Assembly: GCA_020536535.1 (NCBI GenBank)
Contig: JAHLWZ010000127.1
Coordinates: forward strand, 1-64,000
Length of the DNA stretch: 64,000 nt
Source: Pelomyxa schiedti
Taxonomy: Eukaryota > Protista > Evosea
Reading direction: 5' to 3'
The first letter of the stretch is position 1. The number at the start of each line of letters is the position of its first letter. Shown here in pieces: positions 10,330 to 21,229 of this stretch. The notes beneath the pieces were generated by a model. That model ran no database searches, was not told where the DNA came from, and worked only from the letters and a program-made list of their open reading frames with translations. The position numbers and the translations under genes were made by a program.

Positions 10330-13300
10330 CTAGTGCATTTCCTCAACGTAGTTGGCTGGAACCCAGCTGTGTTGCGTAATTAGAGAGTAACTGGGTGTAA
10401 AAAGTAGTTTTCTCATACCCTCTTTTGTTGTTCATTTCACCTTCCCACCAGCCGCCTTCATCTTTTTGAACAATGAAGATTATATCACCCTCTCTGATGG
10501 TGAGCTCATCCTATACAAAAGGGTTACGCTCTCGGAAAAAAGGACAGGCCTACACACGGGAGTGGTGGCATCGTAGTCATACAGGACCCTTGCTTTGGGT
10601 TTTGTTGTCTTAGGAGGAGGTTTGGGCATCTGCCTGGCTGGCATAGCTGGTGCGGTTGCGGCTGCTGGCGTGGCTGTTGCTTGGGGAGTTGCAGTTGGTG
10701 TTTTGGTTGTGGTGGTTGTTGTGGCAGCTGGTGTGGTTGCAGCCTTGACTGATGCTGTTGGAGTAGCAGTTACTGCGTGTGCTGTAGCAGCGGGTGTGAC
10801 TGCGGTAGCTGCGCCGGGTCCGCGCCTCTGCACGATGTCAGGAATAAAAAAAAATTCGGAAACTGCATACCGAAGCCTCGACCTGCATGTGGTAGCCTTT
10901 GGGTGTTGTGTCTAGGTGTGGGTGAATAAAAAATCGAGTTTCTGAAAGAACGAAGGGCACACCAGTATCTCTTTGGAGACCTGATTGAACACCAATCTTC
11001 AGAATCAAGTTGGTTCCCACCACATTTTTGAAGAAGCCAAGCTGAAAGAATTGTAAGATTGAATTGAATGTGAAGTTTGGAAGCATACCGCTTTCTCTTT
11101 CTTTTGTTCCTGCAGTTGCACAAGAGGGATAGCAGCTTCATCACGTATAAACTGAAGGACGTGGTCTTTTTCCCCAGCCTTTGCTTTGTACGTAATGCTA
11201 AGTAAAGTCAGTGATAGATAATAAATAGAAACTGCACACTTGTCGGAGAAGATAACGTTAAGTTCCCGCTTTACAGCCTCTTTGAAAGATTCCCTCATAA
11301 GCATTATCATCTCAGTTTTTTTGTCACACTCAATTACACAGTCATGTTCCGAGGGCATATGCAACACAACATAATTATCGGCCATCGTGCTTACAGAAAT
11401 TTGCTAAATAACATTAGGAGGTAAGTTTAGATGGGGATTTTGAGCTACAGAAAGATTTTTAAGTTCTCCCCTGCGTGTGATTTGCCATATACCCTGCTTG
11501 TTCTTCACCACACGACAGATAAGGTAGAAGCCCGTTTCAGTCAAAAGGAGAACACGTTTCTCTAACCGCGAGCGAGAACTGAGGAGCAAAACGTTGTCAG
11601 CGAACGTTACCATTTCCTCCTCTGCAAAACAAAGTTAGGGTGCAAGAAAGGCAAAAAAGTCACTTACTATAAGGTTCCATGACATCCTGTAACTCAAAGT
11701 TTTCTTCGTAGTTGACGTAATCACCAAGCCACTTTCTTTCACCACTGTTCCTTTGTCTTTCTTTTTTACCCTAATTGAAATCACCTTAAAAACCCAAAGG
11801 GAGAAAAAGAACCCTTAGAAGATCAGCAGCTTCAGCGCGTTGTTCCAAAGCCTTTCTCCGAGCTCTCCATACTCTCCAAGCTTTTTGAATTTTCACTGTG
11901 CAGTCGAAGTCAATTCTCTCCAACTTCTCTTCAATGTGGAAGACCTATTAAAAAGTGAATGGGAATAGGAGGAAGGAGACTGCTTACAGATTCGGGGTGC
12001 CTAATGAAAATTTTGGTCTTTCCAAACTGCCATTGCCCTGCCTCTAATGTAGTAAGTCCTTCAAGGATCACTCTGCATCCTTCCTGGGGGTCGCCATTCC
12101 ATTCTCCCCACATACCCCATGTTTTTGGACTGAGTTTCTTATACCTAAAAAAAAAAAACGAAAAGTTAGAAGAAGAATATGTGGTAGGAAGAAGGTCGAC
12201 CTGACGAGGAATCTGTCAAACGGAGATCGGAACGCAAATCCAGCACGGCGTACCTTCACATTTTCTAATAGACCAAGATACTGCACTTGATGTCGAACAC
12301 GTTCTTGTTCCCAGACTACAGGAGTCAAAAAAAAAAAAGGCAAGTCAGAAGATGAGAACCTCCAGCTTTTTTCACATCGTTGGGTTTAATGCAGCGAATA
12401 TAATGAGGAGAACACTGAGAAAGGGTGGCCATGAGTGCATTTGCAGATGTTTTGATTTTGAACCCAGCCGTCGTTGGCCTTCTTTTAGCGGCAGTGGGGG
12501 CTTGTTCTTCCGGGGTGATGGGGAAAAGTTTCTTAACACTTGTCACGTGAAGAAATTGTTATGATCATAAGATACCACAATAAAAGGGTTCTTGCTCACT
12601 CGCATGCAATCGACGCATTCTTGATATAGAGTATCCTTATTTTTATCACAAAACCCATCGACTTCATATGTCACCTCACCGGCATAGTGCTTGACAGCAA
12701 AAGCCCCAGTGAACGACCTAGTATTTCATTAAATGAAGAAAAAAAGAAACAAGAAAAACCTGTAGTGTTGATTTGAACTTTGCACCGCATCAACTTTCTG
12801 AAGGAATTTGGCATCAGTGCCTTCGGACATGGCGTGAATTGTAGCACAGACATCGTCAAGTAAAGAAAAAATTCCGGGAGGTGTCTATTTCTGATTAATG
12901 AATTCCAAAACGACACAAAACGCACCCTTCCTTCAATTAGATCACAGACAATCTTGTTGTTGAAGTATTTGATAGGCGACCATTGAATTCCTTCAGCTAT
13001 GTATTCTTCCTGCTCTGCTTTCAGTGTCAGCTCAATGAAGTACTGTTGCAACTGAGAGCCAGTGAATACAATTAGTTATGGGAAATAAGACAACTTTTTC
13101 ATTGACGTAATTGATACAGAATTGTTCAAAGCCATTATGCTGCAAGAAAGTGAGAAGGAAAGGGAAAAAAGAGGTGTTGCACTCACATTGAAAATCTCAA
13201 AACCGAAAATGTCCAAAATTCCAATACAACATTGGTGGGGCAAATTCCATCTGGAGAGGGCCTGATTCACCTTTTTTTATCGTAAGAAAAACTTAGGGGA

Positions 13301-15083
13301 CAAACTTTGGTACCTTCTCCACCAGCCAAGTAAACAGCCTGTCATACAACTCCCTGGCAAGAGCATCCCTAGCACCCACAGCCTAGGATAAGGTTTTTAA
13401 GGATGGTTTTTCCCTCCTTGTTTAAAAAACCTGAACTGGATTCAGAGCTACTTCAAAAGTTTCTGCACGTCCACCAGAACCAGATGTAATTTGCCTTGGA
13501 ACATCAGAGTTGATTACAACTGGTGGCAAAATACCTGAAAAGAAGGGCGTACTCCAAATTTTCAACCGGAACTTGGAGCATATCAGCAGCCAGTGAGAGA
13601 ACTGGGAAATTTTAAAAAGGGGGACTGGAAACTCGACCTTTACCATTTCTATCAGTAATGGCACCATTTCCCTTGTTGTCCTCTTGGAATGCTATGTTTC
13701 CAAGATGAAGAATGCCTGCGATAATTCTCAAACTGGCATCAATGTCTTCCTGGTTCATTCCCATAGTGCGCATAGATTTCTGTGATTTCACGGTTATCCA
13801 AATTTCGAGAACTCAGAAAATAAACCAGTGTTTCTTGAAACTCTGCTGTGTCATCTACTCCTTCCACATCCAGGCAACCACTTTGGTTCATATAGTGAAA
13901 ATTCTCAGCAGTATAAAGTTGTAATTTTTCTGCACTATATTAAAAGAGACAAGTAAGATGCAGTTTCTCCATACGTGCTAGGGTATCATCTGCACCATTA
14001 ACAAGTTGGTAAAAGATATGGAAATTTCTTTCTCCATTTTGTTGGTAGACCACACGAGACTATGCATCTACATGAGAAGGAAAAACTTAATGAAGTCTGT
14101 ACCTTTTCAAGTAGATCTATTGGGATGGTAATTGGTAAAAAAAATTATAGAAGAAACTGGAAACGCACAATTTGTGATTTTTCCACCAATTGGGTCACCC
14201 TTGGTATCAAAATGAATTTCAAAGTATTTTCCCTATACCTGTGTGAGAGGTTGTTACAATGGAGGTAACATACAAAACGACTGGAGTTATTGTTGCGAAG
14301 GGTTTTAGCATTACCAAAAGCTTCCAATAGAGGGTTCGAATCTAACCAGTGTAGGTGGAATGAAATTAAACGGAAGTCCTACCCAAAATTACATTCTTGA
14401 TATACTCTACTTTTTCAGATCTCCCAGAAACAGCAGCTATGTATTGCATAATTTGTTTGGCGGCAACGGTTTTCCCAGCACCACTCTCACCACTGTTCCA
14501 GTTGAGTTTTCAGTGAAAGGAAACTTGATTATGTGACCTGATAATTACACATTGATCAGTTTTTTCACTTTTCATGTTTCGGTAAGTTTCCTCTGCTAGA
14601 GCAAAAACGTGTGGTGGCAGTTCATGTCGGAATTTTCCTCTGTACAATCGGACGTATTCGTCGGTTGTAAGACCAAGGTCTTTGTAAGGATTGACTACGA
14701 TGAGCACAGGGCCGATGTTGGTCTTTTCAATTGAAAGAAAAATTGGATGATGAAGAAAAGTTAAGGAGACTTTACGTAGATGGCGTCATTTGTAAAGCGC
14801 TTTTTGATGTTATCCACGATCTCTTGCTCGGTAATTTTGGGCAACATGACAAGGTCGTCGACACCCTTTTGCGTGAACCCCTGAAAGTGCCATTAGCACC
14901 TTCGATCAATTTTGCTTGTGCGGTTTGCGTTACCTTTTTACTCTTGAACTCCGCGACCTCCTCAGCGGGGTTTCTTGCTCGGCGTCTGAAACCCGAAGAC
15001 TATAATAACCAAGATCAACCCACATCACGTTAGTATGCAGTAATGTCGCTTTGGTTGTTTGGTTGTTTTGTTTGACGCACCAT
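10330..15083 (-). CDS. MYO1: Long-tailed class I myosin (motor, IQ, TH1, low-complexity TH2, SH3)
   Basis: [32 protein letters not shown]-loop GESGAGKT (~14468-14491), [54 protein letters not shown]1 tail. C-terminal SH3 [21 protein letters not shown]...[23 protein letters not shown]. Confidence 0.95.
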
Positions 15084-15289
15084 TTTTCGCGGTCAGACAA
15101 CACCACCGGGTTTTTGATTTTTGTGTTTTTTGGTTCCTTTGTTTTGTTTGTTTTCATGTTCTTTCAGTTCCTTCGGCAAAAATAGATTTACAAGAAACGG
15201 GAATTGGCTTTTGAGCCAGACAGAAAAAGAAAAAGCCGAAAAACACTGATGAAGAGGCGCGGCTCATTTGGGTGTGAGGCCAGGACACA

Positions 15290-17728
15290 TCAGTGACCAG
15301 TCCTTGATGTGTCTTGCGAGCCTGTTGGTTGTGCTCTAGTGTTGGACGTGTTGTTGTTGTTGGTGGTGGTTGTTGCGGGGGGTGCTATGGAGCTAGGTGC
15401 TGTTGTTGTGTGTGTGGTGCCGGTCAAGAAGTTGTGCTGAATGTCCTTGATCATCTTCTTGACGCTGGTGACGCCGCTCTCCAGCATTTCGTTCACGCTG
15501 ATGCAGGCGTCGGGCTCGCACTGGTCGAGGAAAAACGCGTCGTGGAGGCATGACGAGCACATCCTGACGGGGTCTTCAAGTATCTGTGTGTTGAGGTGGG
15601 ATATTACTTGGGAGGCTGGGAGAAGAGTGGTGGGTGGGGAATGCTTACGCCGGCGAATAGTCTCTCACATAGGTTTATAAGCAACCCACTACAGCGGCGC
15701 AGAATAAGCCATCCCTCAATGCAGATTCTTATGAACCTAAAAAACGAGTGTTACATTAAACAAAAAGGATTAGTGGTACTGCACCTTTCCCAAGCCTTGC
15801 GTTCAATCAGTTTCGCTTTGAATTCAGAGGCAAATGCCAATCTGTTAGCATCGAACCACGGCTTCATATTGAATACTGCAGACACAAAATTAAAGAGTGA
15901 AGATGAGAAGTATGAAGAAAGAGGAATTGCAACAACCATATCTGCAGAATTGTTAGAGGCTCTTTTTAAAACTTTTTCAAACTGGGTAACTTACCCAAAA
16001 TCGATTTGGAAGAAAATGTTGTTATTTTTAATCAGCATGTTATCTCTGTGTCGATCTCTGATTCCAAGTACAAAACTAAGAATATTAGAACAATTTGTCA
16101 ACCAAGAAAATAGCCTAAGAAACTTACACAGCAACATAACCACCTGCAGCCGTTGCAATAAGTCTGTCCAAGTCTTGTTCTGACAAAGTAGAGATATTTT
16201 CCCACACGAACTTGGTTACAGGCACTGAGTTTTCAATGAATTCTATCAATCCTCGGTTCGGACCAGTGGGAACAACGTAGTAAGTGAAGGCATGAGGTTT
16301 TATGGTGAGGCCACTACAATCCCACAAGGAATTGAACACCTCAAACATGACTTCCACCTGCAGGTGTTTTTGTTGTGACTGTTTTCCTATTCTCTAGATC
16401 TCACATACAGCAAGGTCTTTGCGTAAGTCGTCACCAGTTTTATAAATAAACGTCTTAGGGGGCATCAGGGTGGAGAAACTGATACTCATAAGGCACGGTT
16501 TTGCTTGAGAGTCGAAGACTTTTATAACTACATAGGTTCAGAAAAAAAGAGAAAGAAAAAGGAGGAAAAGCAACTTGCCTTCAATTTTATCTATGGGTAT
16601 AACGGCTCCGAATAATGGGTCGTACACGCGTTTTGGACGCCACACTAAGTCATCAACTCCAACTTTAGGGGGTGTTGTACTACATTGGTCAAAGAAGGTG
16701 GCCAGTTGTCTATGACTTGCTTGCAGTATAGGAACTGTTTTAAGGATACGATTGCGTTTTGCTTCTAGTTCTGCTGCTGAAGTTTCTGCTGGTGAACTTG
16801 TTGATGAAGTGGTAGGAACTGGTACGTGTGCAGTGGCATTCTTGATGGAGGGAGATGGTGGGGGAGGGGTTCTCATGCTCATGGCAGATGCTGTTAGGGT
16901 TGCTTGAATTGATTCCTGGTTGGTCTTTAAACCCTAAAAACGTCACCAACTCTGATGTCATACCACAGAGGGAGGAGTCATTGCAGCCTCAGGGAGGATA
17001 CCTGCTCGGTTCAACCAAAATGCAAACATAGATAAGCTCACTACTTGCCTATTCCCCCATACGGCTGAAGAAATGGCAGTTTCCCACTCACTCCTTGTTG
17101 GAACCTGTGACCCTGGTGCCTCTTTTTTTTTTTTTTTTTGTTGTTGTTGTTATTATTGTTGTAAATATTGATGGTTCAGACTGAAATTAAAGAATTATGG
17201 AACCAAAATAACAGTCTCAAAAAAGGCGGGGAAATAGAACCACGCACTAGATGTAGGAGCCTTGGTCACCAAGTTGGCAAGAATGGGAAGGAACGTGTAG
17301 AGTTGCTCGGGAGTCAGGCGGAGCAGGTGACTTGGCCTCAGGGACTCGAGCGCCACGTGCTGCAGCCACTTCACGTCCCTCCACGCCTCCTTGGCCCTCT
17401 CTGGTCTCTCCCAGTCTTCCGCCCCAGGCCCACCCCCCTCCCCGCCTCCTCCACCCCCTCCGGCCCCGCCCACGCTTCCGCTTCCGCTTCCACTTCCCTC
17501 CGCCGTCGCTGTGCTGGTTGCAGCCACTACTGCCGTTGTATTTACAGTCGCGGGGGCATCGGTGGCGGCGGTGCCACTGCTGGTGCTCACAACGACCACG
17601 GGGGCGTGGGGTTTGGCGGGGGAGGAAGCAGCGGTGTTGGTGCTGGGGGCTGTGGTCTGTGCTGCCGCTGCTGCAGCACCACGAGAGCCCAGCCCAAACA
17701 AAGGCGCGAACCGCGATGGTGATGACAT
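15290..17728 (-). CDS. Minimal PI3/PI4-kinase-family protein (short helical segment + catalytic domain)
   Basis: FDSQAKP, FIYKTGDDLRKDLA, YYVVPTGPNRGLIEFIENS, catalytic FVLGIRDRHRDNMLI and IDFG (~15990-16070). N-terminus is Ala/Thr/Gly-rich followed by a short helical region. Confidence 0.85.
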
Positions 17729-17970
17729 TGAGTCAGTGCCGCAGTGAGGTTTTTTTTTTTGTTTTGGTTGTTGTGTTTTCGCGTGAATCATGCCGGCTGT
17801 GGAGGATCAAGGTACCAAACAGCCGCACGAGAAAGAAAAGCTGGAGAGGAGATGCCGGGCACTTGAGACTGGGACAAGATCAGATGTTCTCGGCAGGCAA
17901 CCCTGAGGAGGCGAGTGAGAGATCTCTTATTTCGTTTTTTTGTTGTAACGGCACCGCGACACGGGCGAAG

Positions 17971-20900
17971 ATGTCGATTTTGTCCCTTGGACTGGAGATT
18001 GTGAGGGAGGCAGTGTCATTAGATAACAGGGGGATGTACGTTCAGGCGTGTGAAGCTTATGGGAAGGGAATTGCTGCACTCAATGTTGCCTACAACCGTG
18101 TGTAGGTTTTTAAAAAAAATTTTGTTGGCTTTTGCATATGAGACTCATTTCCTGTTTTTTTTCTTTCTTGTTCTTGTTCCTACACACTGTTTTGGGTTTC
18201 ACAAACTTTCTTCAGAGGAAGGTGACCCAGGAATGAAAAACACCATTTGTGAAAATGCAAGAAAGTACCAAGAGCGCAGAAACGCACTTTTGCAGCAAAT
18301 TTCAACTTCACAACCACTGCAACCACCCTCACAAGCAGCACAAATATCCCAATCCTGTTTTCAGCCAAATATAGCACCCACTATTTGTAGTACACCTCCT
18401 GCAGTGTACACACCACCTCCATCATTGGTGCAGTCTGTCCCTGTCAGTTCCACTAACCCTTCCTTAGTCAATAATTCTGTGATCAATTCAGAGCAATTGA
18501 CACCACAAACTCAAGGACGACTGACACAGGTTTTGTTTTGTTGAGTTTCGTTTTACTTTACTTTTTTGTTTTATTTTGTTTTACCAATTTATGTATATAC
18601 AGGGGGCTGAGGACATCACCAACTTCAGAATATTTCCTGATAGAAAGTCTTTGATAGAATTTATGAAGCATCTTGATATTGAATACCCTTTGTCTGGTGG
18701 TTCAATGTAAAGTTCTTTTAGGTGGTCAATACTAACTGGCACACAGTGCTCATGAATGTGCAGTTAAACTCTGTGACGCTGGTGTTAAGGCACAACGAGC
18801 CCAAGACCTTTTAGAGGCCTATAAATGTTTTCAAGCTGCTTTACAATGTTTCCAAGCATCGTTTGAAGGTAGTGATGCAAATTCCTTGTTCTTTTTCACT
18901 CGCTTTTAGGGTCTCCTCCCTTACCATTTGGTGTTCATGCAACTGTAAAAGAGAAAATGAATAGATGCGCCGCTCATACCTCAGAGCTTAAGCAGTGGGC
19001 TTTCATTACCTTCAGTTCTGAGGTTGATGAAACTAACCGGTATTAGGCACATAATCCCTCAACTTGAGGCCCTAGCTATTCAAAGCAGGTCTCTGGCGGA
19101 TCAACAAGCTGCCTCAAAGAAGTTGGAGGACGAAATGGCAATATGGCGGAAGCAGCAGGATGAAGAGGGTAAATTACGTCAATTGGAAGAAAGCGGGCGA
19201 GAAGGGAATTGGATCGTTGTGCAACCACAAGTTAATGTGCAGCCAAGTCAACTACCCCAAGACCGCCCAGAACCGAAGCGTACTAAGCACGGGAAAATGG
19301 CCCTCCTCAGTCACACTCTAAAATCGAAATCTGTATGCCCCATCCCCCAGATTCAAAGAAGATTAATACCACAATAGCTTCTTCTTGGCAAAGCCACCTT
19401 TAAATCTGAGCCGGTCAAGAGTCAAGACTTGACTAAGCAGTTCGATTATTCCAGTACACCCACTTCTGAACTGGTTGAGGTTGTGGTTTGTTTTGGCAGT
19501 ACATTCCAAGTTAACCAATGTAGCTTTTTGATACACTGAAGGGACAGATAGCTGACATCGAAATGAAGGTAGGCGGTGACCCACATGCCCAAGGGATCGC
19601 AGATGTACATTCACGTATGCGGCAGCAACAGGCAGCTATCCGCGAAGGTTTTTAGCAATTATTTTTCCCTTCTCATGTTCCAAAGAATTAAGGAAGAGGA
19701 ACACTTCAGGAGACCAGATGATTGCATCTGTTCTTCTTCCAAAGAACCAAGAACAAATTCGGGAACCGTCACCACCCAGTCCAAGATCTCTCAACATAGA
19801 ACCTGATTCACCTCATCAACAAGAGCTCATCATGTTATACAGGTTTCTGGTTGCTCAATTGTTCTTCTTTTTTAAGGAACCCAGTATTTTAGATAATTGG
19901 CTGACTTCTACGGATCTCTCTATATTGATGATTTTTCTTCAAAATATCCACACTACATTTCCGCACCTCACACCCTTTGAGATTTTCGATCACCTAGTTA
20001 AAAGGTATAATTGCACAAAAAAACCTAACTTATATCGTTAGGTATAATGAACCCTTCTCCCCATTGGCTACACCAAGCCATCCCGTTATATTTGAGGAGG
20101 ATAAAAAAAATTTGCAGCACCTGGTGTGCAATGCGGTCTCAAGATGGATCGCTCTTCATCCAAAAGATTTCATACAAGGAAGTGATATGTGTAAGTCGGC
20201 CATTGAGTTGGCACATCTGGCAGCTCAAGATGGACTGTCTGTGGTCTCTAACAAAATTCTAAGTGCACTGACCCCACAAGAGACACTTTCAGTGGTACAA
20301 CAAGAAATTGTTGAACCAGATGAAGAAGCACCTCTTGCGCCTGATGGTGATGCATTTAAGATACCTCTACCACCCCCTCCAATCCCGCAGGTTTTGGATT
20401 CTACTCCACCACCTGTTCAATTCCCCCCTACAGTCCAGTCTGCAATCACTTCAAGTGTGCGTATTAGCAAGCTTCTGTCTTCAAATCCGTCATCCATTGT
20501 CAGCACTCTCAAGTCCATTGATGCCCTCCTCTGGGAGAGTGTTCCAGCCAACAGCTTCCTTGATACTGAAGGTCTCTGCAGCCCATTGGTTGCACTACAA
20601 GACCGTGAACGAAAACTCTTCCAGTGGGTCACACGTTTCCTGCAACTTACCGAGCAAAATCCTGTCAATTTCTCCGCTGTTCTGCAACAGTTCGTGTGCA
20701 TTGCCGCTTTGCTTCAGCAGCAACGGGACTTTTCAGCTTTTGTTGGCGTTGTCACTGCCCTGAATCTGCCATACACCACCCATATTATTGAAAGCCGGCA
20801 GGATATACCCCCCGAGACCAAATTCCTCATCAGCACGCTGAGTTCCCTTTGCGTGGCAGGCAAGTTCGACCCTCCTCTCCCACATTCTCAACCCCTTCAC

Positions 20901-21150
20901 AGACGGCACCACCGGGATTCCGCCTATCGGCACTGACATGGCTTCCGGGCCTTGCACTCCACATGTACCCACACTCCTGGCCCTAGTGGAACAAACCCGG
21001 CAAAACGCCGCGAGCATGAACGCAACAGACACCAACAGCAGAGTAACACAGCTTGTTCAGGCAATGCAAGGCACCACCAGCACTCCCATGTCTGACTTTG
21101 GCCTTCCACCAGAGCTACTTGCAGAGCTCAGGTTACTTCCCCAGCACTGA
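17971..21150 (+). CDS. MIT-MIT-REM-RasGEF(CDC25)-like multidomain protein
   Basis: MIT1 LGLEIVREAVSLDNRGMYVQACEAYGKGIAAL...DPGMKNTICENARKYQERR. MIT2 AVKLCDAGVKAQRAQDLLEAYKCFQAAL. REM LTPFEIFDHLVKRY and VCNAVSRWIALHPKDF. CDC25-like LFQWVTRFL...VLQQFVCIAALLQQQRDFSAFVGVVTALN. Confidence 0.75.
20860..20902 (+). other. Probable GC-AG intron
   Basis: G|GCAAGT...TTCACAG| joins the frame of ORF 20064..20936 to the frame of ORF 20938..21150 with phases matching. Confidence 0.6.
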
Positions 21151-21229
21151 TTGAATCACTTCCTACTCTGGATTGTATTTTGATTTTTTTATGATGAAAA
21201 AGGAAAAACTAAATTTCTTTTGGTTTATT

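Noticed and set aside
17168-18105. Several overlapping long plus-strand ORFs (184, 257, 118 aa)
   Set aside because: They are stop-poor GC-rich antisense frames of the PI3K-like low-complexity N-terminus. Only the last part of the 257-aa ORF (from 17971) is real (MIT1).
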